From Syntrophales bacterium (GTDB lineage: Bacteria > Desulfobacterota > Syntrophia > Syntrophales > UBA6807): DNA of 64,000 nt. The notes below the pieces were generated by a model, which did not search any database, was not told the DNA's origin, and worked only from the letters and a program-made list of their open reading frames with translations. Below, piece after piece: positions 54,602-64,000 of the stretch. Numbering within the stretch: position 1 is the stretch's first letter; the number at the start of each line of letters is the position of its first letter. The stretch lies in assembly GCA_040767195.1 (NCBI GenBank), contig JAXGPA010000004.1, positions 15,504-79,503 of the forward strand, read 5' to 3'. Position numbers and translations under genes: made by a program.

Positions 54602-55579
54602 TCAGATGAGTTTCTCCTCCACGGCGCGGGGGTCCGCCGGGACGACGGTGAGCGACTGAACGGCAGGGCCGGCCTGGCACCGCACCGCCGCGGGTTCACC
54701 CGTCGGGGCATCGCTGTACCGGGCACAGATGGCGGCGGCCAGGCGGATGGATTCCTCGTCCGGTTTCCCCACGAGAAGCACGAGGGGGCCGGGAACATGC
54801 TGCATCCGGAAAATCACGTCCCCCTCCCGGGAGAGGTCCTGGATAACCCGGTTTTCCCCCTGGTTCCGACCGACGATGATCTTCGCGCCGGGGCTTAACC
54901 GGAAATGCCGTCCCACCTTGAGCAGTTCCACGTCCCTGACGGGAAAATCCCCGGTGTGATCGAAAAGGTCCCGCAGCTTCCTGGAAAAGCCGGAATCGGT
55001 GAGAAGGCATCCCCCGGCGGGGTTGGCGTAAGACGTGATTCCGTATGACTCGGCCAGGGCGATCTGTCGTTTCCGGCCTCTTCCCTGGATGTCGAGAAGG
55101 CGGGAACGGTCCACCTTTCCTTCCCGCTCCGGTTGCGTCTCGGGCAGGAGCTTCGCGCTCAGGGGCCGGAGGATGACGTCTTCATATCCCGACAACTTGG
55201 CTACGATGTGGAGGGACTGTTTCGTCTGCGACATGGGCCTCTGGCCGAGGACCTCGCCGGTGAAAAGAAAATCCCCGTTCATCTCCTCCATTTTCCGTCC
55301 CGCCTCCCGCAGCATGAGGGCGTGGCAGTCGATGCAGGGATTCATGTTTTTCCCGTAACCGTAGCGGGGCTTTTTGAGCATGGACAGGTGCGCTTCCGTG
55401 AAGTCGACGACAACGAGCGGCACGCCAAGCTCCCGGGCCGCCCCCGTGGCCCGCTCGGCGTCGAAGAAAGGGGTGACGAAACTGACCCCGGTGACCGCGA
55501 TGTCCTGGTCCTGGATCAGCCGGACGGCCAGGATGCTGTCCAGACCGCCCGACAGCAGCGAAAGCGCTCTCACCTTCAA
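54602..55579 (-). CDS. PP-loop ATP pyrophosphatase family protein (MnmA/ThiI-like sulfurtransferase core)
   Basis: SGGLDS PP-loop and NPCIDCH motifs. Confidence 0.7.
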   Translation of the reverse strand: MKVRALSLLSGGLDSILAVRLIQDQDIAVTGVSFVTPFFDAERATGAARELGVPLVVVDFTEAHLSMLKKPRYGYGKNMNPCIDCHALMLREAGRKMEEMNGDFLFTGEVLGQRPMSQTKQSLHIVAKLSGYEDVILRPLSAKLLPETQPEREGKVDRSRLLDIQGRGRKRQIALAESYGITSYANPAGGCLLTDSGFSRKLRDLFDHTGDFPVRDVELLKVGRHFRLSPGAKIIVGRNQGENRVIQDLSREGDVIFRMQHVPGPLVLLVGKPDEESIRLAAAICARYSDAPTGEPAAVRCQAGPAVQSLTVVPADPRAVEEKLI

Positions 55580-55697
55580 AGGAACACCGCCTTTTTACCT
55601 CGTTTTTTGATCACGGCACCGGAAGCGCCTTCCGGCCCACGATCGTGCCGCCGGGAATTCGCAAAAAACCCGGACGGTACGGTCCCCCTGTCCCGGA

Positions 55698-55738
55698 AAT
55701 AAAAAAGGGCCACTGCCCCTCGTGAAGCAGTGGCCCCT
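55698..55738 (-). terminator. Rho-independent terminator after the ACAD gene
   Basis: Minus strand has GGGGCCACTGC ... GCAGTGGCCC followed by TTTTTTATTT. Confidence 0.7.
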
Positions 55739-55768
55739 GAACGGCTTTTGAATAGACGCCTTTGTGAA

Positions 55769-56959
55769 TTACAGACCGCTCTTGAAATCGTCGCGCATAA
55801 GCTCGCGGGCGATGATCATTCTGCGGACTTCGGAGGTACCGGCGCCGATTTCCCACAGTTTCTGATCCAGGAAGTGACGGGTCACGCCGTATTCCTGGCA
55901 GTAGCCGTAGCCACCATGGATCTGGACGGCCTCGAGGCCGATCTTCGTTCCCATCTCGCCGCAGAAGAGGAGCGATGCCGCGGCCATACGGTCGAGGTCC
56001 GTTCCCTTTCCACCGGACTTGTTCTCCAGCGTGTCGCAGTAAGCGGCGGCGCTGTAGGCCATCCACCGGGAGGCCTTGTACCAGCAGTACATGTCGGCCA
56101 GCTTGCCCTGGATGAGCTGGAAGGAGGCGATGGGTTTGCCGAACTGGACGCGCTCCTTGGCGTAACGGATGGAGTCTTCCAGGCACCGTCTCTGGGAGCC
56201 GAGGCTGCAGCCCGACAGGGTGATTCTCTCGGTGCAGAGACCGGAGGTCAGAACGGCCACGCCCTTGTTGTAGCCGCCGATGAGGTTTTCCTCGGGAAGT
56301 TCCATGTCCTCAAAGGTGATGAGGGCCGTGGGGGAGGTTCTCATACCCCACTTTTTGATTTTCTCGAAGGAGAAGCCCTTCACTTTGTCGATCTCGAAGC
56401 AGAAGGTCGAAATGCCGTGGGGGCCCTTGTCGGGCTCCGTCTTGGCGTAGACCACCATGAACTGGGCGACGGGACCGTTGGTGATGAAGATCTTGCTGCC
56501 GTTCAGGATGTAGCGGTCGCCCTTCTTCTCGGCGCGGGTCGCCATGCTCATGGCGTCGGAACCGGCGTTGGGCTCGGTGATGCCGAGGCAGCCGATCCAC
56601 TCACCCGTGCAGGACTTGGGAAGGACATGCATCTTCTGTTCTTCCGTGGCGTTCCGGCGGAAGTTGTCGAAGCAAAGGGTCTGGCTCGCGCCCACCGTCA
56701 TGGACAGGGCGTTGCTGACACGGGCGATGGACTCGTAGGCCAGCGTGGTTTCCACGTAGCCCAGGGCGGCCCCGCCGTACTTCTCCTCGAAAACGATACC
56801 GTTGATTCCGAGATTCGCGGTCTGCTTGAACAGATCCTTCGGCATCTCGTCCACTTCATACGCGTGCTCCATCTGGGGTTCCAACCAGGCATACGCCCAC
56901 TTTACGACGCTGTCCTCGAGCATCCGCTGCTCTTCGGAGAATGAGAAATTCAATGACAT
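55769..56959 (-). CDS. Acyl-CoA dehydrogenase (short/medium-chain or glutaryl/cyclohexanecarboxyl-CoA type)
   Basis: Full ACAD architecture (GITEPNAGSDA ... IYEGTSE-like EIGAGTSEVRR). It appears monocistronic. Confidence 0.92.
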   Translation of the reverse strand: MSLNFSFSEEQRMLEDSVVKWAYAWLEPQMEHAYEVDEMPKDLFKQTANLGINGIVFEEKYGGAALGYVETTLAYESIARVSNALSMTVGASQTLCFDNFRRNATEEQKMHVLPKSCTGEWIGCLGITEPNAGSDAMSMATRAEKKGDRYILNGSKIFITNGPVAQFMVVYAKTEPDKGPHGISTFCFEIDKVKGFSFEKIKKWGMRTSPTALITFEDMELPEENLIGGYNKGVAVLTSGLCTERITLSGCSLGSQRRCLEDSIRYAKERVQFGKPIASFQLIQGKLADMYCWYKASRWMAYSAAAYCDTLENKSGGKGTDLDRMAAASLLFCGEMGTKIGLEAVQIHGGYGYCQEYGVTRHFLDQKLWEIGAGTSEVRRMIIARELMRDDFKSGL

Positions 56960-57131
56960 ACCTACTACCTCCCTTGTATTTGATATCCCAAATCGAGTAT
57001 TTCCAAGAACGCTTCAACCCCGTCGGTCTGGTTCATGCCTGGAAACCCGCGATTTGCTTTCCCAAGAAAATCGACTCGGACCAAAGAGCCACAGGATGGT
57101 TTGGTGGTGCACCCCCGGCAGTTCAGCGTGT

Positions 57132-57160
57132 CCTATACCTGAACGGATGGGGGTTGTCAA
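57132..57160 (-). promoter_or_regulatory. Candidate sigma70 promoter for the ACAD gene, giving a ~170-nt leader
   Basis: Minus strand reads TTGACA (57160-55), a 17-nt spacer, then TATAGG (57137-32). Confidence 0.4.
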
Positions 57161-57352
57161 GATGAAATGTTCTCACCGGTGATTTTCCCGTCCCGGCCTT
57201 CCAATGCCTTGTGCCCCCGGGGAATTTCTGATATAGGATTTTGTCCGGCCGGCCTGTCCCGGTCCCCGGGAACGGGGCGGCGGGCCGATAGTCAACGCTC
57301 TGTGGGGCGCATTCCCCGAAATACTGTTTTCTAGACATTACACGGGTTCGTC

Positions 57353-57577
57353 ATGGACAGGCAGTCAGGAGACCCGGCCATCGTCCGGGAGTTTCAGAAA
57401 AGGCTCGAAAGGGCCCTGCGGGAAAAAGAGATTTCCGTCCTGATCTACTGGAAGGAGCGGCTGGACCGGCTGATCGCCCTGAAACCGGACGGGATCGCCT
57501 CCCTCCAGCTTGAATTGAAAAAGATCTCCGAGGCCATGGGGAACCGGACAGGGACCCTGAAAAAGGAAGGGCGATGA
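57353..57577 (+). CDS. Hypothetical small coiled-coil-like protein (74 aa)
   Basis: Its stop overlaps the ATG of the next gene (ATGA). The SD is weak. Confidence 0.4.
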   Translation: MDRQSGDPAIVREFQKRLERALREKEISVLIYWKERLDRLIALKPDGIASLQLELKKISEAMGNRTGTLKKEGR

Positions 57578-58167
57578 AGGCCCTCGTCAATTTTCTCTTT
57601 GAAACGGAAATGCTCCGCAAGACCCCCCGGTCGGGGTTTCAGTTCCTGGGCTCGGGGTCCGAGTCGGTGGCGGAGCACGTTCTCGCCACCCTCTTCATCG
57701 GGTATGCCCTGTGCAAGCTCGAACCCGAGGCGGATGAGGAAAAAGTCCTGAAGCTGTGCCTCTTTCACGACCTCCTGGAGGCCCGGACGGGTGACATGAA
57801 TTACGTGAACAAGAAATACGTCGCCTGCGACGAGGAACGGGCCCTGGCGGAACTGACGGCGCCCCTTCCCTTCGGGCCTGAAATCCGCTCGGTTCTGAAG
57901 GAATTCAAGGAAAAGAAGACCCGGGAATCCCGGATCGCCCACGATGCCGACCAGCTGGCCCTCATTTTCCGGCTCAAGGAATACGGCGACCTTGGAAACA
58001 CGTACAGCGGCGAGTGGATCGACTTCGCCCGGAAAAGGCTCGTCACCGCGCCCGGTCTCAAAATGGTGGAAACCATTCTCGAGACCGACTGGACCGAATG
58101 GTGGTTCCAGGACAAAAGCGACTGGTGGGTCAACGGGGGGAACGAAACCGGAAACGGCGAAACGTGA
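57574..58167 (+). CDS. HD-domain phosphohydrolase (YfbR-like 5'-nucleotidase family)
   Basis: The motifs ESVAEH ... LFHDLLEARTGD supply H...HD...D. Confidence 0.8.
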   Translation: MKALVNFLFETEMLRKTPRSGFQFLGSGSESVAEHVLATLFIGYALCKLEPEADEEKVLKLCLFHDLLEARTGDMNYVNKKYVACDEERALAELTAPLPFGPEIRSVLKEFKEKKTRESRIAHDADQLALIFRLKEYGDLGNTYSGEWIDFARKRLVTAPGLKMVETILETDWTEWWFQDKSDWWVNGGNETGNGET

Positions 58168-58199
58168 CGGCACCCGCTTTTTGACCGGCGGAAGGGTTT

Positions 58200-58817
58200 A
58201 TGTCGACAAAAAAACAGAAAAAAGCGCAGGTACTGGAAGCCAAGAAGAAAAAAAGGCGCAGGAGGGTCTTCTTCCTGTCCCTTTTGCTCACCGTTTCCAT
58301 CGGGTTTCTCATCTTCTTCTTCATCTCCCTTTTCGATTACATCTACCCGCCCGTCACCCGGGAAGGCCATGAAGCCCGCCAGAAGGAAAAGTATCAGCTC
58401 TATTTCGCCGACGGCAACGAACGGTTCCTCGTCACCGAAACCCGGTATCTTCCCAGGGGAAAGAACCCCGAAGACCTGGCCCTCGAAATCGTGCGGGCCT
58501 TGGCGGAGGGTCCGAAGCTGGGGGCCACCCGGACGCTCCCCAAGGAAGCGGGGGTCCTGGGCATACGGATCGACGGGAACGGGACGGCCGTCGTGAATTT
58601 CGACCGGGGACTGGTGGATCATCACCCGGGAGGGAGCACCAGCGAGGTGATGACCGTCTATTCCCTGGTTTACAGCCTCACGAAGAACATTCGCGAGGTC
58701 AGGAACGTCCGGATTCTCGTGGACGGCAAGACCCGGGAAACCCTGAAGGGCCAGCTTGACCTCCGGGAAACCTTTTACCCCAGGGAGGACCTTCTCCCCG
58801 GCGGAGCCTCTTCGTAA
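58200..58817 (+). CDS. GerMN domain-containing membrane-anchored protein
   Basis: A basic N-terminus plus a TM helix, then a GerMN-like domain ([12 protein letters not shown] ... VNFD ... VYSLVYSLT). Confidence 0.7.
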   Translation: MSTKKQKKAQVLEAKKKKRRRRVFFLSLLLTVSIGFLIFFFISLFDYIYPPVTREGHEARQKEKYQLYFADGNERFLVTETRYLPRGKNPEDLALEIVRALAEGPKLGATRTLPKEAGVLGIRIDGNGTAVVNFDRGLVDHHPGGSTSEVMTVYSLVYSLTKNIREVRNVRILVDGKTRETLKGQLDLRETFYPREDLLPGGASS

Positions 58818-58825
58818 AGACACCC

Positions 58826-60865
58826 ATGGCCACAAAGACGAGACTCTCCAGAATCCGGAACATCGGGATCATCGCCCACATCGACGCCGGGAAAACAACG
58901 GTCACCGAGAGGATCCTCTACTATACCGGAAAATCCTATAAAATCGGCGAAGTTCACGATGGCGAGGCGGTCATGGACTGGATGCCCCAGGAGCAGGAGC
59001 GGGGCATCACCATCACGTCAGCCGTGACGACCTGCGAGTGGAAAAATCACGAAATACACATCATAGACACGCCGGGCCACGTGGATTTCACCGTCGAGGT
59101 GGAACGGTCCCTCCGGGTTCTCGACGGCGCCATCGTCGTCTTCGACGCCGTGGGCGGCGTGGAACCCCAGTCGGAAACGGTCTGGCACCAGGCGGACAAG
59201 TACCGGGTTCCCAAGATCGCCTTCATCAACAAGATGGATCGCGTGGGCGCCGAATATTTCGGCACCATCGACATGATGCGGGAGCGCTTCAACTCCACCC
59301 CTCTCATCGTCCAGATCCCCTGTTTCCGGGACAGGGAATACATCGGGTCGGTGGATCTTATCGGAAAGAAACTCATTCTCTGGGACGACGCTTCCCTCGG
59401 AAGCGCGGTGAGCTACGGGGACATCCCGCCCGAATTCCGGGACGAGGCGGACGAGCGGCGTGAAGGCCTCATCGAGACCCTCGCCGAGTTGGACGACGAC
59501 ATGGCGGACAGGTACCTGGCGGGGGAGGAGATCCCCGACGGGGATCTCGTCGCCGCCGTCCGGAAGGCCACCCTGTCCCTCAAGGGCGTACCGGTCTACT
59601 GCGGCGCGGCCCTGAAGAACAAGGGGGTTCAACCGGTCCTGGACGGAGTCGTCGATTTTCTGCCGTCTCCCGAGGACGTTCCCCCCATCGAGGGGATCAA
59701 TCCCCTCACCGAGGAAAGGGAAAAGCGGGCGAGCAGCGAAAAGGGGCCTCTCGCCGCCCTTGTCTTCAAGGTCATGATGATGGAGGAAGGCCGGAAGGTT
59801 TCCTTTCTCAGGATCTACTCGGGAAAAATCAGGGCCGGGGGCGACGTCTACAACGTGATCCGGGGCCGGAAGGAAAAAGTCTCCCGGCTTCTCAAGATGC
59901 ACGCCAACAAGCGGGAGAGGATCGACGAGGCCGGGGCGGGACACATCGTCGGGGTCGTGGGCCTCAAGACGGCCTCGACGGGGGACACCATCTGCGACGA
60001 AAACCACCCCATCGTCCTGGAGAGAATCGAGTTCTACGAACCCGTCATCAGCCGGGCCATCGAGGCGAAAACCCCCCAGGACCAGGAAAAGCTGAGCCAG
60101 GCACTGGAAAAACTCACCGACGAGGACCCCACCCTCATCGTCCGGTACGACGATGAAACGGCCCAGACCGTCCTGTCGGGCATGGGGGAACTGCACCTGG
60201 AAATCGTCATCGACCGGCTCACCCGGGATTTCAACACGAACGTCAACGTGGGAAAACCCCGGGTCGTTTACCGGGAGGCCATCACCCAGGAAGTGGACGG
60301 CGAGGGAAAATTCCAGAAGGAACTGGGAGACAGGAAACATTTCGGCCACGTGCGCATTCACCTGGAGCCGAATCGAAGGGGGGAAGGCATCAAGATTCTT
60401 AACGAAATTGACCCTTCGACAATTCCGCCGGATTACCACGCCTTCATCCGGGAGGGTATCGAGGACGCCCTTTCGAGCGGTGTCGTGTCCGGGTATCCCG
60501 TGACGGACGTGGTCGTGACGATGACCGGCGGGACCCACCGGGAGGGGGAATCCACGCCGGCAGGGTACCGCATCGCCGCCGCCGCCGCCTTCCGTGAAGC
60601 CTCCCTCCAGGGCGGTCCCATCCTCATGGAACCGATCATGAACGTGGACATCCTGACGCCCAGCGAGTTCATGGGAGACGTCATCGGGGACATCAACAGC
60701 CGGAAGGGTGAGGTGCAGAACGTCGCTCCCAAGGGAAACGTGAGCGAGATCCGCGCCCGGGTTCCTCTCAGGCAGATGTTCGGCTATTCCACGGATCTCC
60801 GATCCGCCACCCAGGGCCGCGCCACCTTCACCATGCAGTTCCTTCGATATGACCGGGCACCGTGA
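58826..60865 (+). CDS. fusA: Elongation factor G paralog (outside a str operon)
   Basis: G motifs [14 protein letters not shown] and NKMD. 679 aa. Confidence 0.93.
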   Translation: MATKTRLSRIRNIGIIAHIDAGKTTVTERILYYTGKSYKIGEVHDGEAVMDWMPQEQERGITITSAVTTCEWKNHEIHIIDTPGHVDFTVEVERSLRVLDGAIVVFDAVGGVEPQSETVWHQADKYRVPKIAFINKMDRVGAEYFGTIDMMRERFNSTPLIVQIPCFRDREYIGSVDLIGKKLILWDDASLGSAVSYGDIPPEFRDEADERREGLIETLAELDDDMADRYLAGEEIPDGDLVAAVRKATLSLKGVPVYCGAALKNKGVQPVLDGVVDFLPSPEDVPPIEGINPLTEEREKRASSEKGPLAALVFKVMMMEEGRKVSFLRIYSGKIRAGGDVYNVIRGRKEKVSRLLKMHANKRERIDEAGAGHIVGVVGLKTASTGDTICDENHPIVLERIEFYEPVISRAIEAKTPQDQEKLSQALEKLTDEDPTLIVRYDDETAQTVLSGMGELHLEIVIDRLTRDFNTNVNVGKPRVVYREAITQEVDGEGKFQKELGDRKHFGHVRIHLEPNRRGEGIKILNEIDPSTIPPDYHAFIREGIEDALSSGVVSGYPVTDVVVTMTGGTHREGESTPAGYRIAAAAAFREASLQGGPILMEPIMNVDILTPSEFMGDVIGDINSRKGEVQNVAPKGNVSEIRARVPLRQMFGYSTDLRSATQGRATFTMQFLRYDRAP

Positions 60866-61039
60866 ACCCGTGCCGGACCTTTTTGCCGGCAATCCCCTTT
60901 TTTGACCATAATCTTGTGTCGTCCCGTAAAATCCGCTATGATCCTGAAAATTCCGACCGTTGTTTTCACCCGTCAAGAGAGCGGCACCGGCGGCGTCTCG
61001 CCGGGCCGGGCGCAACGATTTGAAAAGGAGAGACTTCCC

Positions 61040-62923
61040 ATGACCGAAAAAAGCAGACCCGCCTTTCTTCCTTTTCTTCTCGGCCTTATCCTCCTGGGAA
61101 TGGTCGAACCGGCGCAGGCCCTCGCAAGCGGCGGTGAAGGCGGTTCGAGCCTCCTCACCGGCATCAGCGCGAGCATCCTGGCGGCCACGGTTTTCGCCTA
61201 TTTCGCCAGCATGATCCGGCAGCCCCTCATTCTCGCCTACGTCCTCGCCGGCGTGGTCATCGGGCCCCAGTTCGGGCTGGGGCTGGTTCAAAGCCAGGAA
61301 GACATCCAGACCATCTCGGAAATCGGCCTCATCCTTCTCCTTTTCATCATCGGCCTGGAACTGGACCTCAAAAAGCTGAAGGAATCGGGAAAATCCCTCG
61401 TCCTGACCGGTGTTTCCCAGTTCGTCCTGTGCCTGGCCATGGGTCTCGGGTTTTTCATGCTTCTCGGGGTCACCCTGGGGGCGGCCTCGGGGCAGGCCAC
61501 ATACGAAATTCTCGGCATCACGGTCAACGGAGGCCCCTACGACCTCCTCTACCTGGCCGCATGCCTCTCGCTAAGCAGCACCGCCATCGTGGTCAAGCTC
61601 CTCTACGACAAGTTCGAACTGGACACCCTGGCGGGCCGGATCACCCTCGGCGTTCTCGTTTTCCAGGACCTCTGGGCCATCATCCTCCTCGGCGTCCAGC
61701 CCAACCTGGCCGACCCCAAGGTGCTTCTCATCCTCTGGTCCTTCGCCAAGGGGGGGCTGCTCGTTCTCATCAGCCTGCTCATCAGCCGGTACGTCCTGAA
61801 CATCGTCTTCCGGCAGATCGCCAAGCTCCCGGAACTCGTCCTCGTGGCCTCCCTGGGCTGGTGCTTCTTCGTCTGCGGCGTCGCCCACATCTTCAACCTG
61901 TCCGTCGAAATGGGCGCCCTCATCGCCGGGGTTTCCATCTCCACCTTCCCCTACAACCTGGACATCATCTCCAAGATCGTCAGCATCCGGGACTTCTTTG
62001 TAACGCTTTTCTTCGTGGGCCTCGGGATGATGATCCCCAACCCCATGATGAACCCGGGAATTCTTTTCATCGCCCTCGTCGTCGCCGCCTTTCTCATCGC
62101 CACGCGGTTCCTCTCCGTCTTTCCCGTCCTGTACGGCCTTAAAAACGGCCACCGGGTGAGCCTTCTTTCCGCCATCAACCTGTCCCAGCTCTCCGAGTTC
62201 GCCCTGGTCATCGCCGCCATCGGGATCAAGCCCGAGTACGGGCACGTGGGACCGGACACGCTGAGCATCGTCATTTTCGTCTTTGTCATCACCTCCATCA
62301 CGTCGACCTACATGATCCAGTACAGCCACGGGCTGCAGAAAGGCTTGAGCGGCCTCCTTTCCGCCGTAGGCATCGGGGACATACGGGACGCCCCCTCCGA
62401 CGCGGCCGCCGAAGACTTCAAGGAAATCGCCATCCTCGGGTTCTACCGCGTCGCCAGTTCACTGGTCCGGGAAATCCTCGACCAGAGGCCGGAGCTTCAG
62501 GACAAGATCGTCGTCGTCGACTACAACCCCACCGTCCACCAGAAGCTGAAGGCCCTGGGGGTGACGGTTTACTACGGCGACATCAGCAACATGGAGACCC
62601 TGCACCATGCCAGGATCGAGGGCGCCCGGGTCGTCGTTTCCACCATTCCCGATTCCATCCTCGTGGGGACGAGCAACCTGAAACTGATCCGGCAGATGCA
62701 GCGGCTTTGCCCCAACGCCCGGGTGGTGGTGACGGCGGAAAACATCAAGAGCGCCCTCGAGATGTATAACGAAGGCGCCGATTACGTGATCCTCCCCCGG
62801 GTCATCACGGCCGGGCACTTTCTTCCCGTCCTCGAATCCCTCGTCAGGGGCGAGGGGAAGGAACTCAAGTCCGGCGAGATGGCGAAACTTAAAAATCGCG
62901 GCGAGGAAGTCGTCCTCATCTGA
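61040..62923 (+). CDS. Monovalent cation:proton antiporter (Kef/CPA2 type) with a C-terminal TrkA-N/RCK domain
   Basis: About 12 TM segments plus a Rossmann-like IAILGFYRVASSL domain. Start at ATG 61040 with an AAGGAGAG SD. The N-terminus looks like a signal peptide. Confidence 0.88.
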   Translation: MTEKSRPAFLPFLLGLILLGMVEPAQALASGGEGGSSLLTGISASILAATVFAYFASMIRQPLILAYVLAGVVIGPQFGLGLVQSQEDIQTISEIGLILLLFIIGLELDLKKLKESGKSLVLTGVSQFVLCLAMGLGFFMLLGVTLGAASGQATYEILGITVNGGPYDLLYLAACLSLSSTAIVVKLLYDKFELDTLAGRITLGVLVFQDLWAIILLGVQPNLADPKVLLILWSFAKGGLLVLISLLISRYVLNIVFRQIAKLPELVLVASLGWCFFVCGVAHIFNLSVEMGALIAGVSISTFPYNLDIISKIVSIRDFFVTLFFVGLGMMIPNPMMNPGILFIALVVAAFLIATRFLSVFPVLYGLKNGHRVSLLSAINLSQLSEFALVIAAIGIKPEYGHVGPDTLSIVIFVFVITSITSTYMIQYSHGLQKGLSGLLSAVGIGDIRDAPSDAAAEDFKEIAILGFYRVASSLVREILDQRPELQDKIVVVDYNPTVHQKLKALGVTVYYGDISNMETLHHARIEGARVVVSTIPDSILVGTSNLKLIRQMQRLCPNARVVVTAENIKSALEMYNEGADYVILPRVITAGHFLPVLESLVRGEGKELKSGEMAKLKNRGEEVVLI

Positions 62924-62964
62924 AAAGACGGAAGAGTTGCCAGGCGCGGGAAAGGAAGCGCTTC

Positions 62965-64000
62965 ATGAGCTACGACGTTTTTTATCCCACCGAGGGAATC
63001 CTGGAAGGCTTTTTTCGAATCAGCAATTTTCTCTCCGCACCTTCCAGCGTCGACGACATTCTCCAGAACGTTCTCGACGAAATCGTGAACACCATGGGAT
63101 TTCAGCGGGGCATCATCTGCCTTCTCGACGATGCAAGGGAAAACCTCATCACCAAGGTCGTCAAGAACTACAGCCCCGAGGAGGCCGACCGGGCCTTTTC
63201 CCTGAACCTCAACATCCACAAGCACGACTGCCTCGAGACCCGGGTGGTGAAAAGCGGCCGGTACATCGCCCTGGAAGACTCGGAGCGGGACCCGAGAATC
63301 ACCGAGACGGACCGCAAGATCACCCACTTCTACAAGCGGGGCTCCACCTTTTACGCGGCCCTGAAAATAGAGCAGGAAGTCATCGGCATCATCTGCCTGT
63401 GGTCGAAGGAGAAAACGAAATTTTCCGATGAGGAAATCAATGTCCTTCTGACCTTCGCCAACCAGATCAGCATCGTCATTCACAACACCCGCCTTTTCGA
63501 GGACAACCGGAAGCGGATCGAGCGGCTCCTTCTCCTGCAGGAAGCCGTGTCCTGTCTCATTGGAAACTACTCCCTCGACAATCTCCATGAAATCACCATC
63601 CGGCACGCCCTGCTCATCGGGGAAGCGAGCCGGGCCTTCGTGTATTTCCAGGACGCGGAAAAGCAGAAGCACCTTCTGAGCGACGGAAAGACGGTTTTCC
63701 TGGAAAAAAGCGCGGACATGACGGAGAAAATCGAACGGGGCATCGTCCGGCGGGCCCTGGAAAAAGACAGCATCATCCTTGTCACCGGGGAGATGGAACC
63801 GGCCCCCGAGTTTCTTTACGACGACGTCTCGTCGGAGCTGGCCGTCCCCTTCCGCATCACTGACAAATTCCGGGGCGTTCTTTACCTCGGAAGCCGCCAC
63901 GGGACGTTTTCATCGGACCAGGTCAACTTTCTGGACATTCTCATGAAAAACGCCGCGGCCTCGTACGACAACGCCATCATGCACTCCCTCCTGTCCCGGG
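62965..64000 (+). CDS. Tandem GAF domain-containing protein, partial; continues beyond the window end
   Basis: Manual translation from ATG 62965 gives MSYDVFYPTEGILEGFFRISNFLSAPSSVDDILQNVLDEIVNTMGFQRGIICLLDD..., which stays open to position 64000. The ORF track lists only a wrong-frame ORF here. Confidence 0.75.
   Translation, partial: MSYDVFYPTEGILEGFFRISNFLSAPSSVDDILQNVLDEIVNTMGFQRGIICLLDDARENLITKVVKNYSPEEADRAFSLNLNIHKHDCLETRVVKSGRYIALEDSERDPRITETDRKITHFYKRGSTFYAALKIEQEVIGIICLWSKEKTKFSDEEINVLLTFANQISIVIHNTRLFEDNRKRIERLLLLQEAVSCLIGNYSLDNLHEITIRHALLIGEASRAFVYFQDAEKQKHLLSDGKTVFLEKSADMTEKIERGIVRRALEKDSIILVTGEMEPAPEFLYDDVSSELAVPFRITDKFRGVLYLGSRHGTFSSDQVNFLDILMKNAAASYDNAIMHSLLSR

Overview
High-GC chromosomal segment. 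Gene content and codon style suggest an anaerobic deltaproteobacterial, Syntrophia-like organism, but that is an inference, not a search result. I call about 58 protein-coding genes. I found no rRNA, tRNA, CRISPR array, transposase, integrase or phage genes. Most of the window is housekeeping or core metabolism: ilvBN; tatA-tatC-mrcA; gatCAB-mtnA; a nucleotide-sugar precursor operon (gmd, fcl, uxs, ugd, UDP-GlcA epimerase, rfbA); proVW; a triple-PAS diguanylate cyclase; dnaJ plus a CbpM-like gene; trxA-bamD; mtnP-pduO; paaK plus an ACT gene; coaE; pilT and a pilU-like gene; several acyl-CoA dehydrogenases; an EF-G paralog; and a Kef-type antiporter. Many ORF-track entries are long alternate-frame or antisense ORFs, as expected at high GC. 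Real starts are often internal to the listed ORF, and I re-derived them from ATG/GTG plus Shine-Dalgarno context. I see no clear-cut novel defence or mobile system. The most interesting items are: (1) an unannotated 28-codon Val-rich leader peptide with tandem terminators, a classic attenuator, upstream of ilvBN; (2) a MarR / ACAD / MoxR / CoxE-type VWA / MBL / ACAD / crotonase / NifS gene string with no obvious metalloenzyme client; (3) a 125-bp MITE-like palindromic element with a solo half-copy 18 kb away; (4) two visibly AT-richer islets carrying orphan secreted proteins, one with an IPTL-CTERM-type sorting signal, flanking the nucleotide-sugar operon; (5) a TPR lipoprotein / transglutaminase-like / APH+P-loop kinase operon next to an orphan small protein and a structured intergenic region. 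All functional calls rest on motif recognition by eye. No database search was run.
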